Shown here: in pieces, positions 1-8,535 of the stretch | Layout: each line of letters opens with the position of its first letter | Position numbering within the stretch: position 1 is the stretch's first letter | NCBI GenBank assembly: GCA_041169105.1 | Contig: JBEEJQ010000001.1 | Span: 1-54,052 of the forward strand | Direction: 5' to 3' | Source of the DNA: Pseudomonadota bacterium | GTDB taxonomy: Bacteria > Pseudomonadota > Gammaproteobacteria > Burkholderiales > Burkholderiaceae_C | Length of the DNA: 54,052 bases | Notes under the pieces: model-generated | Database searches by the model: none | What the model saw: the letters and a program-made list of their open reading frames with translations, nothing else | Told to the model about the DNA's origin: nothing | Position numbers and translations under genes: made by a program

Positions 1-1
1 C

Positions 2-364
2 AAAGACGTGGGCATCATCGGCGTGGACAGCGGCTGGGAAATGTATGTGGGCGGCAACGGTGGCATCAAGACCGAAGTGGCGCACTTCTTCACCAAGCTC
101 AAAACCGCCGAAGAAGTGCTGGAGTACACGGGCGCTTTCATGCAGCTGTACCGCGAAGAAGGCTGGTACCTGGAGCGCACGGTGCACTACATCAACCGGG
201 TGGGCCTGGACTACGTGAAGAAAAAAATCCTGGACGACGCCCCACTGCGCCAGGCCTTGTGGGCCAAGCTGCAAGCAGCGCTCGAAGGCGAGCCCGATCC
301 TTGGTTTGAGCTGCAAGAAGCCAAGGTGGACACCCGCCAGTTCGAGCCCCTCACTACCACCTGA
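2..364 (+). CDS. nirB: Assimilatory nitrite reductase large subunit, C-terminal part (5' truncated by window edge)
   Basis: KDVGIIGVDSGWEMYVGGNGG...LYREEGWYLERT matches the NirB C-terminal siroheme/4Fe-4S region; frame is open to the window start; followed by nirD. Confidence 0.9.
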   Translation, partial: KDVGIIGVDSGWEMYVGGNGGIKTEVAHFFTKLKTAEEVLEYTGAFMQLYREEGWYLERTVHYINRVGLDYVKKKILDDAPLRQALWAKLQAALEGEPDPWFELQEAKVDTRQFEPLTTT

Positions 365-383
365 ATCAAGACAAGGAATCCCC

Positions 384-773
384 ATGACCGCATGGACAAA
401 AATCTGCCGGGTGGAAGACATTCCGGTGCTGGGCTCGCGCCGCGTGGCTCGTGACCAAGGCCTGGACGTGGCCGTGTTCCGCAACGATGCCGACGAGGTG
501 TTCGCCCTGCTCGACCGCTGCCCGCACAAAGGCGGCCAGCTGTCGCAAGGCATCGTGTTCGGCACCAGCGTGGCCTGCCCGCTGCACAACTGGACGATTG
601 GCCTGTGCGACGGCCAGGCGCAAGCGCCCGACGAGGGTTGCACACCACGCTTTGAAGTCAAGGTCGAGGCGGGTGTGGTGTTCTTGAATGCCGATGAACT
701 GCTGGGCCACGCCACCGACCTGACGCGCCCCATCGCGGGGCCCGTCATGCGCAAAAGCATCACCCATTCGTAG
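384..773 (+). CDS. nirD: Nitrite reductase small subunit (Rieske-type)
   Basis: RCPHKGG and VACPLHNW Rieske motifs; AGGA RBS before ATG 384; stop TAG lies inside a REP. Confidence 0.9.
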   Translation: MTAWTKICRVEDIPVLGSRRVARDQGLDVAVFRNDADEVFALLDRCPHKGGQLSQGIVFGTSVACPLHNWTIGLCDGQAQAPDEGCTPRFEVKVEAGVVFLNADELLGHATDLTRPIAGPVMRKSITHS

Positions 774-843
774 GTCGGCGGCTTTAGCCCCGACGTGAAC
801 CGTCGCTCAACCGACCATGTCGGGGCTGAAGCCACCGACCTAC
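770..843. repeat. GTAG-family REP doublet (REPIN-like), family A
   Basis: GTAGGTCGGCGGCTTTAGCCCCGAC (770-794) and inverted GTCGGGGCTGAAGCCACCGACCTAC (819-843); the same unit recurs elsewhere in the window. Confidence 0.88.
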
Positions 844-873
844 AAAAACCCCAAAAACCCAACTCTGAATGCC

Positions 874-3720
874 ATGATCCCGATCACCCACGAAACCAAG
901 TCGACCTGCCCCTATTGCGGCGTAGGCTGCGGCGTGGTGATCGAGTCACGCGGCGCGCAGATCACCGGCGTGCGCGGCGACGCGGACCACCCCGCCAACT
1001 TCGGTCGCCTGTGCACCAAGGGCCAGTCGCTGCACCTGACGGCGGCACCGCAGGTGACCGCGCAAACCCGGCTGCTCACACCCCAGTGGCACCCCGAGCG
1101 GGGCCTGGCACCGCAAGCGCTGGACTGGGACAGTGCCATGGACTTGGCCAGTGGGCGACTGGCCGCCATCGTGCGTGACCATGGCGCTGACGCTTTGGGC
1201 TTTTACATTTCAGGCCAATTGCTCACCGAGGACTATTACGTTTTCAACAAGTTGGCCAAGGGCCTGCTGGGCACCAACAACATCGACAGCAACTCGCGCC
1301 TGTGCATGAGCAGCGCGGTCGCGGGCTACAAGATGACGCTGGGGGCCGACGCCCCGCCCGCTTGTTACGACGACATCGCGCATGCGCAGTGCCTGTTCAT
1401 CGCGGGCAGCAACGCGGCTTTTGCGCACCCGATTTTGTTTCGCCGCATCGAAGACGCCAAACGCACCAACCCGGCGCTCAAGATGGTCGTGGTCGACCCG
1501 CGCTGCACCGACACCGCCGACATGGCCGACCTGCACCTGGCCATCCAGCCCGGCACCGATGTGATGCTGTTCCACGGCCTGCTGCACATCATGTTGGCCC
1601 AGGGCTGGACACAAGCCGACTACATCGCCGCCCACACCTCGGGCTTTGAAGCTTTGCAAGCGCTGGTGGCTGACCACACGCCCGCCCATGTGGCCCAGAT
1701 TTGCGGCGTGCCCGAAGCTGATCTGTTCACCGCGGCCCGCTGGTTTGCGGGCGTGCAAGAAGACGGCACTGAGCGCAGCCCGACCCTGAGCTTGTATTGC
1801 CAGGGCCTGAACCAGTCGAGCAACGGCACGGCCAAAAACGCCGCGCTCATCAATCTGCACCTGGCCACGCAGCAAATCGGCCGCCCCGGCGCAGGTCCCC
1901 TCTCGCTGACAGGCCAGCCCAACGCCATGGGCGGGCGTGAAGTCGGCGGCATGGCCAACCTGATGTCGGCCCACCGCGATCTGGCCAACCCGCAGCACCG
2001 CGCCGAAGTGGCAGCCCTTTGGGGCGTGGCCGATGTGCCCGCCAAGCCGGGCCTGACGGCCGTCGAGATGTTCCAAGCTGCTGCCGATGGCCAGATCAAG
2101 GCCCTGTGGATCGCCTGTACCAACCCGGCGCAGTCCATGCCCGACCAGAAAACCGTGCGCCGCGCCCTGCAACGCGCCGAGTTCGTGGTGGTGCAAGAGG
2201 CCTTTGCCACCGCCGCCACCTGCGACTGGGCCGACCTGCTTTTGCCCGCCACCACCTGGGGAGAAAAAGAAGGCACCGTGACCAACAGCGAGCGCCGCAT
2301 CAGCCGGGTGCGCGCGGCTGTGGCAGCCCCGGGTCAGGCCCGCGCCGACTGGGCTATCGCCGCCGATCTGGGCCGCCGCCTGGCCGTGGCGCTCGACCGA
2401 CCCCAGGACGCCCGCCTGCTGGACTTCACCACCCCCGAGTCGGTCTGGAACGAACACCGCGAAAGCACCCGGGGCCGCGATCTGGACATCACCGGTCTGA
2501 GCTACGCCCGCCTGGAAACCGCAGGCCCTGCCCAATGGCCCCTGCCCGAAGGGGCCAGCACCGGGCAAGCGCGCCTGTATGCCGACGGCCAGTTCCCCAC
2601 CCCCGATGGCCGCGTCCGTTTTGCCGCCGTGGCCTGGCAACCGGTGGCCGAAGAACGCGTGTCGCAATTTCCGTTTTCACTCACCACCGGCCGATTGCGC
2701 GACCAGTGGCACGGCATGACCCGCACCGGCACCGCTGGCCGCCTGTATGCCCACAGCCCTGAACCTTGCGTGCAGGTGAACCCCAAAGACGCCAAGCGCC
2801 TAGGCTGGTCAGACGGCGAGCTGGTGCAGGTGCGCAGCAAGCGCGGCACGCTGGTGCTGCCGGTGCAGGCCAGCGCACAGGTCGCGCCCATGCAGGCCTT
2901 CATCGCCATGCACTGGGGCCCCGAAGTGCTCAGCGGCCGCGATGCACAAGGCGAGGCGGGGCTGGGCGTCAACGTGCTGACCACCTCCAGCTACTGCCCC
3001 ACGTCCAAACAACCCGAGCTCAAACACGCGGCGGTGCAGATCACCCGGGCTGACCTCTCGTCCGAGGCCGCCTGGCAGCTCACGGGCATGGCCTGGCTGC
3101 CCGCCGACCAGGTGTGGGCGGTGCGCCAGCGCTTGCAAAAGCTGCTGCCGCAATTTGACTTTGCGCACCTGGTGCCGTTCACCGACGCGTCGGCTGCGCT
3201 GACCGATCAGGTGCCGCGCACCGGTTTGCTGCTGCGGGCCGCTTGCCGCGCACCGGCCGATGCCCGCTTGCTGCAAGCCGTGGCCGATGCCCTGGATTTG
3301 AATCAGGCAGACACCCTGCACTACCAGGATGCGGTGCGGGTGCAGCGCCGTTCGGTGCGGCTTACCTCGCCGGATGCGCAAGGTCTGCGCAGCCTGCAAG
3401 GCTTTGTGACCGCCGGTGACAGCCGCTCGGCCCGCTGGCTCAAGACCTTGCTGCAAGAGGCCACGCCACTCCAATGGCCGGCACGCCAGTGGCTGATGGC
3501 ATCCGACGCACCGCCCGAAGGTGCAGCACCCGTCAGCCGCCAGGTGTGCAGTTGTCTGAACGTGCGCGAAGACGACATCGCTGCCTGCTTGCAAACCCAA
3601 AGCGGCAGCGAAGATCAGCGGCTGACCGGGCTGCAAAGCCAGCTGCGCTGCGGCACCCAATGCGGCTCGTGCGTGCCCGAGTTGCGCCAAATCATCCGGC
3701 GGGTGGCAGTGCCCGCCTGA
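874..3720 (+). CDS. nasA: Assimilatory nitrate reductase catalytic subunit (molybdopterin, 4Fe-4S, C-terminal BFD-like 2Fe-2S)
   Basis: TCPYCGVGCG, HPANFGRLCTKG, NSRLCMSSA, GQPNAMGGRE, LTTGRLRDQWHGMTRTG, C-terminal VCSC...CGTQCGSC; alternative in-frame ATG at 817 overlaps the REP. Confidence 0.92.
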   Translation: MIPITHETKSTCPYCGVGCGVVIESRGAQITGVRGDADHPANFGRLCTKGQSLHLTAAPQVTAQTRLLTPQWHPERGLAPQALDWDSAMDLASGRLAAIVRDHGADALGFYISGQLLTEDYYVFNKLAKGLLGTNNIDSNSRLCMSSAVAGYKMTLGADAPPACYDDIAHAQCLFIAGSNAAFAHPILFRRIEDAKRTNPALKMVVVDPRCTDTADMADLHLAIQPGTDVMLFHGLLHIMLAQGWTQADYIAAHTSGFEALQALVADHTPAHVAQICGVPEADLFTAARWFAGVQEDGTERSPTLSLYCQGLNQSSNGTAKNAALINLHLATQQIGRPGAGPLSLTGQPNAMGGREVGGMANLMSAHRDLANPQHRAEVAALWGVADVPAKPGLTAVEMFQAAADGQIKALWIACTNPAQSMPDQKTVRRALQRAEFVVVQEAFATAATCDWADLLLPATTWGEKEGTVTNSERRISRVRAAVAAPGQARADWAIAADLGRRLAVALDRPQDARLLDFTTPESVWNEHRESTRGRDLDITGLSYARLETAGPAQWPLPEGASTGQARLYADGQFPTPDGRVRFAAVAWQPVAEERVSQFPFSLTTGRLRDQWHGMTRTGTAGRLYAHSPEPCVQVNPKDAKRLGWSDGELVQVRSKRGTLVLPVQASAQVAPMQAFIAMHWGPEVLSGRDAQGEAGLGVNVLTTSSYCPTSKQPELKHAAVQITRADLSSEAAWQLTGMAWLPADQVWAVRQRLQKLLPQFDFAHLVPFTDASAALTDQVPRTGLLLRAACRAPADARLLQAVADALDLNQADTLHYQDAVRVQRRSVRLTSPDAQGLRSLQGFVTAGDSRSARWLKTLLQEATPLQWPARQWLMASDAPPEGAAPVSRQVCSCLNVREDDIAACLQTQSGSEDQRLTGLQSQLRCGTQCGSCVPELRQIIRRVAVPA

Positions 3721-3779
3721 GCCTTGCCGCGCATACCCATATAACAAACAGTTATCTAAATTCCTTCACAATTGAAACC

Positions 3780-4679
3780 ATGGGAATCGGCCACTACATC
3801 AAGGACATCGGGCGCGGCAAAGACGGCGCACGGGCGCTCGACCGCGCACGCGCCACCGACCTGATGGGACAGATCCTCGACCAGCAAGTGAGCGACCTGG
3901 AGCTGGGCGCGTTTTGCATCGCCATGCGCATCAAGGGCGAAACGCCCGAAGAGATGGCGGGTTTTCTGGACGCCACCCATGCCCGGCTGAACAAGGTCCA
4001 TACCGGCCAGGTGCCTACCGTGGTGCTGCCCAGCTACAACGGCGCACGCAAGTTGCCCGTACTCACGCCGCTCTTGGCCCTGCTGCTGGCCCGCGAAGGC
4101 GTGGCCGTGGTGGTACACGGCGCGGCCACCGAAGACAAACGCGTGAGCAGCCAGACGGTGTTCGCGCATCTGGGCGTAACCCCTGTGGACCATGTGGGCC
4201 CTGCTGCAGCCGGACAAGTGCAGTTCATCCCCACCGGCATTTTGAATGCAGGGTTGGGCCGCCTGCTGGCCGTGCGCCGCGTGGTCGGTCTGCGCAACCC
4301 GGGCCACAGCCTGGTGAAACTGATGAACCCCTGCGATGGACCGGCTCTGGTGGTCAGCAGCTACACCCACCCCGAATATTTGCTGTCGATGTCGGCCACC
4401 TTTGCCCTGACGGGCCAGCATGCCCTGCTGCTGCGCGGCACCGAAGGCGAGCCCGTGGCCGATGCCCGCCGCACCCCGGCGATGGACGTTTTCAAAAATG
4501 GCCAGACGGTGCGCGTGCAAGACCAAAAGGAAGGCTCACTGGTGCAAGTGCCCGAACTGCCCACAACCGACGCTGCCGCCACCGCCACATACACCGAGCA
4601 TGTGCTGCAGGGCTTGCTGCCGGTGCCAGAGGCGATTGCATTGCAAGTCCAACACATCCTGCGCGAGGTGAGCCTATGA
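3780..4679 (+). CDS. ybiB: YbiB/TrpD2-family protein (glycosyltransferase family 3-like, DNA-binding)
   Basis: YIKDIGRGKDGARAL, AMRIKGET, LPSYNGARK, GLRNPGHSLVKL, YTHPEY, LRGTEGE motifs. Confidence 0.82.
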   Translation: MGIGHYIKDIGRGKDGARALDRARATDLMGQILDQQVSDLELGAFCIAMRIKGETPEEMAGFLDATHARLNKVHTGQVPTVVLPSYNGARKLPVLTPLLALLLAREGVAVVVHGAATEDKRVSSQTVFAHLGVTPVDHVGPAAAGQVQFIPTGILNAGLGRLLAVRRVVGLRNPGHSLVKLMNPCDGPALVVSSYTHPEYLLSMSATFALTGQHALLLRGTEGEPVADARRTPAMDVFKNGQTVRVQDQKEGSLVQVPELPTTDAAATATYTEHVLQGLLPVPEAIALQVQHILREVSL

Positions 4680-5617
4680 AAGCACGCACTTTATTGATCC
4701 GGCTCTGCGAAATATTCAATGGTCAAAATACTGTAGGTCGGTGGCTTCAGCCCCGACATGGAGCATGCGACAAAGCCCGCGATGTCGGGGCTGAAGCCAC
4801 CGACCTACGAACTGACGGCGCTAAAAGCTTCAAACCTCAGCGTATCGGATCAGTAGGCCGTTGCACCCTGGTCGGCGCAGGCCCCGGCGACCCCGAACTG
4901 CTGACCCTCAAAGCCGTGAAAGCCATTGCCAGTGCCACCGTGCTGCTGGTGGACGACTTGGTCAACGACGCCGTGCTCGAACACGCCTCGCCCAGCGCCC
5001 GCATCGTGCATGTGGGCAAGCGCGGCGGCTGCAAGAGCACGCCCCAAGCCTTCATCGACAAGCTGATGATCACCGCTGTGCAGGAAGGCGAACATGTGGT
5101 GCGCCTCAAGGGCGGCGACCCGTTCATCTTTGGCCGGGGCGGCGAAGAAGTCGAACACCTGCGCGCAGCGGGCATTGACGTCGAGGTGGTCAACGGCATC
5201 ACCTCGGGGCTGGCCGGCATGAGCAGCTTGGGCGCACCGCTCACCCACCGCGAACATGCACATGGCGTGGTGTTTGTAACCGGCCACGCCAAGCCCGGCG
5301 ACAGCGGCACCGACTGGGCGCAGTTAGCCGCCACGGCCCGGCAAGCCAAACTGACGCTGGTGATCTACATGGGCGTGAGCAGCCTGGATCACATCAGCCA
5401 GGGCTTACTGCAAGGCCTACCCACCCACACCCCCGTGGCCGTGGTGCAGCACGCCAGCTTGCCTACACAGCGCCAAGCCCTGACCACGTTGGGTGAACTG
5501 GTGAGCACGGTGCAGCGCGAAGGCCTGCAAAGCCCCAGCATCATTGTGGTGGGTGATGTGGTGCAAGGCGCACGGGCCTGGGCCGCGCAGCCCAACACTT
5601 CACACAAAGTGGCCTGA
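4676..5617 (+). CDS. cobA: Uroporphyrinogen-III C-methyltransferase (siroheme synthesis) with an N-terminal extension spanning a REPIN
   Basis: LVGAGPGDPELLTLKA, VGKRGG, VVRLKGGDPFIFGRGGEE, TLVIYMG; ATG 4676 overlaps the ybiB stop (ATGA). Confidence 0.88.
   Translation: MKARTLLIRLCEIFNGQNTVGRWLQPRHGACDKARDVGAEATDLRTDGAKSFKPQRIGSVGRCTLVGAGPGDPELLTLKAVKAIASATVLLVDDLVNDAVLEHASPSARIVHVGKRGGCKSTPQAFIDKLMITAVQEGEHVVRLKGGDPFIFGRGGEEVEHLRAAGIDVEVVNGITSGLAGMSSLGAPLTHREHAHGVVFVTGHAKPGDSGTDWAQLAATARQAKLTLVIYMGVSSLDHISQGLLQGLPTHTPVAVVQHASLPTQRQALTTLGELVSTVQREGLQSPSIIVVGDVVQGARAWAAQPNTSHKVA
4733..4808. repeat. GTAG-family REP doublet (REPIN-like), family A, inside the cobA reading frame
   Basis: Perfect 25-bp inverted arms GTAGGTCGGTGGCTTCAGCCCCGAC (4733-4757) and GTCGGGGCTGAAGCCACCGACCTAC (4784-4808). 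Confidence 0.9.
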
Positions 5618-5619
5618 TT

Positions 5620-5949
5620 TCAGCCCCAGCTGCGCGTGAGCAGCTCATCGAGGGCATCGGCGATCACCTGCCCCTGATCGGCCAGACTGCCCACACACGG
5701 GCCCAGCTGCTCGCTCGCCACGGAGACCATGTCCAGCGGATGCAGCACCAGGGTCTGCCCCTTGATTTTGAAAACGGGGTTCATCCGTGTGCCCGCGACC
5801 TTGGCTCCGGCTGGCAAGGCCGAGCGCAGCACGAGTGGCACCACGACCCGGCGGCGGTAGCCGTCAAACAGCGACGACTGCACCAGCACCACCATGGGCA
5901 CGGTGGCGCGCATGGGACCAGGATTCAGGTGAACGTCGTATTGAGGCAT
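5620..5949 (-). CDS. ccdB: CcdB-family toxin
   Basis: MPQYDVHLNP...VLVQSSL...RRVVVPL...MNPVF...GSLADQ...IADALDEL resembles CcdB; lies downstream of a small antitoxin gene. Confidence 0.78.
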   Translation of the reverse strand: MPQYDVHLNPGPMRATVPMVVLVQSSLFDGYRRRVVVPLVLRSALPAGAKVAGTRMNPVFKIKGQTLVLHPLDMVSVASEQLGPCVGSLADQGQVIADALDELLTRSWG

Positions 5950-5962
5950 CGCTCAATCCTCG

Positions 5963-6208
5963 TCAAAGCGTGGAGTGCTCGTCAGCGTATGAGCCCGCAG
6001 CAGCGTGCAAGGCATTCCAGTCGCTCACGGCCCTTTGCGCCTGTTCACGGTGTTGCTGGCGTGACTGGCGCTCTGAAACCACATACGCCTGCAGCATCTC
6101 TTCGACCTTGGCCGAGAGGTTGCCGCAGTAAGCGCGGGACTCCTGCACCAGCGCTTCACTGAGCGACAGGTTGACTGGTTTTTTGGTGGTGGATTCGAAA
6201 GTTGACAT
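5963..6208 (-). CDS. ccdA: CcdA-family antitoxin
   Basis: KKPVNLSLSEALV...NLSAKVEEML ribbon-helix-helix pattern and C-terminal WNALH...GSYADEHSTL, 81 aa. Confidence 0.78.
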   Translation of the reverse strand: MSTFESTTKKPVNLSLSEALVQESRAYCGNLSAKVEEMLQAYVVSERQSRQQHREQAQRAVSDWNALHAAAGSYADEHSTL

Positions 6209-6232
6209 GGCGCGCGCCCCCTTTGGGCACAT

Positions 6233-6257
6233 TCTATGCGCATTGCATGCGCATAGA
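6233..6257. promoter_or_regulatory. Palindromic operator, probably the CcdA/CcdB autorepression site
   Basis: TCTATGCGCAT-TGC-ATGCGCATAGA, perfect 11-bp inverted repeat 25 nt upstream of ccdA. Confidence 0.6.
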
Positions 6258-6286
6258 CACTGCACAACCGGGCTACACTCACCCCC

Positions 6287-7522
6287 ATGAACCAATGGGA
6301 TGCTGTGATCGTGGGTGCCGGGGCTGCCGGTTTGTTTTGCGCCGGTCAAGCGGGCCAGCGCGGGCTGAAAGTGCTGGTCATCGACCACAGCCACAAGGTC
6401 GCTGAAAAAGTGCGCATCTCAGGCGGTGGGCGCTGCAACTTCACCAACCGTTTGCTCGACGCATCGGCACCTCAAAAGCACTTCATCAGCCAGAACCCGC
6501 ACTTTTGCCGCTCGGCCCTGTCGCGCTACACCCCGCAGGATTTCATCGATCTGGTGCAAAAGCACGGCATCGCCTTCCACGAAAAACACAAGGGCCAGCT
6601 GTTTTGCGACCACTCGGCCGAAGACATCATCCGCATGCTGCTGGCCGAATGCGATGTAGGCGGCGTGACGCTGTGGAGCGGCTGCGCTGTGAAGTCCGTG
6701 CAACACCACACACAAGACACCCAAACCGCACACTACGTGCTGGACACCGACAAAGGCCCGGTGCAAACCACCTCGCTGGTGGTGGCCTCAGGCGGCTTGT
6801 CCATCCCCAAGATCGGGGCCACGGGCTGGGGCTATGAAGTCGCCACCCAGTTTGGCCTGCGCCTGGTCGAGCGCCGTCCGGGCCTGGTGCCCTTGACTTT
6901 TGACGGCGAGGCCTGGGCGCCTTATGCCCAGCTGGCCGGCCTGGCCTTGCCGGTGGGCATTGAAACGGGCGACAAAAAAACCCGCATGCACTTTGACGAA
7001 GACTTGCTTTTCACCCACAGAGGCCTGTCGGGGCCTGCGGTGCTGCAAATCTCCAGCCACTGGAAGGACAACACGCCGATCCGGCTGAACCTGGCCCCCG
7101 AGTTGAACCTGCCCGAGCGGCTGGCCGAAGCCAAATTGCGTTCCAAAAAACTGCTGGGCAACGAATTGGCCAGCTTGGTGCCCAGCCGCCTGGCCGAGGC
7201 ATGGGTGAGCCAGGACGCAGCCCTGCAACGCACCTCGGCTGAAGTGCCCGACAAGGCCCTGAACAAGCTCGCCGAAGCCCTGAGCAACTGGCAACTTACC
7301 CCCACCGGCAGTGAAGGCTACAAAAAGGCCGAAGTCACCTTGGGCGGGGTGGACACACGCGATGTGTCATCACAAACCATGGAGTCCAAACAGCCCGGGC
7401 TGTATTTCATCGGCGAAGTGATCGATGTGACTGGCTGGTTGGGCGGTTACAACTTCCAATGGGCGTGGGCCAGCGCACACGCATGCGCCCAAGCATTGCC
7501 CAGCCCCTCAAATACCCTGTAA
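6287..7522 (+). CDS. HI0933/YhiN-family NAD(P)/FAD-dependent flavoprotein
   Basis: IVGAGAAG, KVRISGGGRCNFTN, LLFTHRGLSGP, VTLGGV, GWLGGYNFQWAW. Confidence 0.9.
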   Translation: MNQWDAVIVGAGAAGLFCAGQAGQRGLKVLVIDHSHKVAEKVRISGGGRCNFTNRLLDASAPQKHFISQNPHFCRSALSRYTPQDFIDLVQKHGIAFHEKHKGQLFCDHSAEDIIRMLLAECDVGGVTLWSGCAVKSVQHHTQDTQTAHYVLDTDKGPVQTTSLVVASGGLSIPKIGATGWGYEVATQFGLRLVERRPGLVPLTFDGEAWAPYAQLAGLALPVGIETGDKKTRMHFDEDLLFTHRGLSGPAVLQISSHWKDNTPIRLNLAPELNLPERLAEAKLRSKKLLGNELASLVPSRLAEAWVSQDAALQRTSAEVPDKALNKLAEALSNWQLTPTGSEGYKKAEVTLGGVDTRDVSSQTMESKQPGLYFIGEVIDVTGWLGGYNFQWAWASAHACAQALPSPSNTL

Positions 7523-7547
7523 AACAAGCCAAAAAGCATCGTTTTCA

Positions 7548-7557
7548 TGGCTATAAT
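7548..7557 (+). promoter_or_regulatory. Putative sigma70 -10 element for rpsU
   Basis: TGGCTATAAT with perfect TATAAT about 130 nt upstream of rpsU. Confidence 0.5.
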
Positions 7558-7684
7558 GGCAGTCTTTGCTGGCAAACTCCCGTCTGCCAAATACTAGTTC
7601 GTGACGGGGAACCGCTGGTATCGGCTTGCAAGGCACGATCTTCCTTGCAAAAGCGACCGGCACACATTTTGGAAATTTGATTCA

Positions 7685-7897
7685 ATGACCACCATCCGCG
7701 TGAAAGAAAACGAGCCGTTTGACGTTGCACTGCGTCGCTTCAAGCGCACCATCGAAAAACTCGGCCTGCTGACAGACCTGCGTGCCCGCGAGTTCTACGA
7801 AAAGCCAACGACTGAGCGCAAGCGCAAGAAGTCTGCTGCCGTCAAGCGCCACTACAAGCGCGTTCGCAGCATGCAATTGCCCAAGAAGCTGTACTAA
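7685..7897 (+). CDS. rpsU: 30S ribosomal protein S21
   Basis: [21 protein letters not shown]...[14 protein letters not shown]. Confidence 0.97.
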   Translation: MTTIRVKENEPFDVALRRFKRTIEKLGLLTDLRAREFYEKPTTERKRKKSAAVKRHYKRVRSMQLPKKLY

Positions 7898-7932
7898 GCT
7901 CTTCTTTTGTTGACCCGAAAGGGTCTGCAAAC

Positions 7933-7970
7933 AAGCCCGCAAGAGGACGCTCAGGCGGGCTTTGTTGTTT
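7933..7970 (+). terminator. Possible terminator/attenuator hairpin after rpsU
   Basis: AAGCCCGC...GCGGGCTT followed by a T-rich tract. Confidence 0.45.
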
Positions 7971-8007
7971 CTACTCCCCTATTTTTGTCACACACCAGGA
8001 GCCTCTC

Positions 8008-8454
8008 ATGAGCTTGAAAGACCAGATCACCGAAGACATGAAAACCGCGATGCGCGCCAAAGACAGCGAACGTCTGGGCACCATCCGATTGCTGTTGTCG
8101 GCCATGAAGCAAAAGGAAGTCGACGAGCGCGTGGTGCTGGACGATGTGGCCGTGGTCGCCATCGTGGACAAGCTGATCAAGCAGCGCAAGGATTCGATCG
8201 CCGCGTTTGAACAAGCCGCCCGCCAGGACTTGGCTGACAAAGAGAAGGCCGAAATGGCCGTGCTGCTGGCTTATCTGCCTGCGCGCATGTCTGCTGAAGA
8301 AGTGGCCACCGAAGTCAAAGCCATCGTGGCCGAACTCGGTGCCAAAGGCCCAGGCGACATGGGCAAAGTCATGGGCGCGGTCAAAACGCGCCTTGCTGGC
8401 AAGGCCGACATGGGTGAAGTGTCAGCGGCGGTGAAGGCTGCGCTGGCTGGCTGA
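8008..8454 (+). CDS. GatB/YqeY domain protein
   Basis: MSLKDQITEDMKTAMRAKD...KQRKDSI...DMGKVMG; typical neighbour of rpsU. Confidence 0.92.
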   Translation: MSLKDQITEDMKTAMRAKDSERLGTIRLLLSAMKQKEVDERVVLDDVAVVAIVDKLIKQRKDSIAAFEQAARQDLADKEKAEMAVLLAYLPARMSAEEVATEVKAIVAELGAKGPGDMGKVMGAVKTRLAGKADMGEVSAAVKAALAG

Positions 8455-8487
8455 ATCTGCCAAGGGCTGAACTCAGCCCACTCACAC

Positions 8488-8517
8488 AAAAACGGGAAGC
8501 ACAGGCTTCCCGTTTTT
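8488..8517. terminator. Bidirectional rho-independent terminator
   Basis: AAAAACGGGAAGC-ACAG-GCTTCCCGTTTTT between convergent yqeY and pmbA. Confidence 0.8.
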
Positions 8518-8535
8518 ATTGGGGCTGACCCCAGA

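Noticed and set aside
3474-3779. N-terminal extension of the ybiB ORF, and the 3914-4675 extension of the cobA ORF
   Set aside because: They overlap nasA or ybiB in other frames; recognisable homology and plausible starts are at 3780 and 4676
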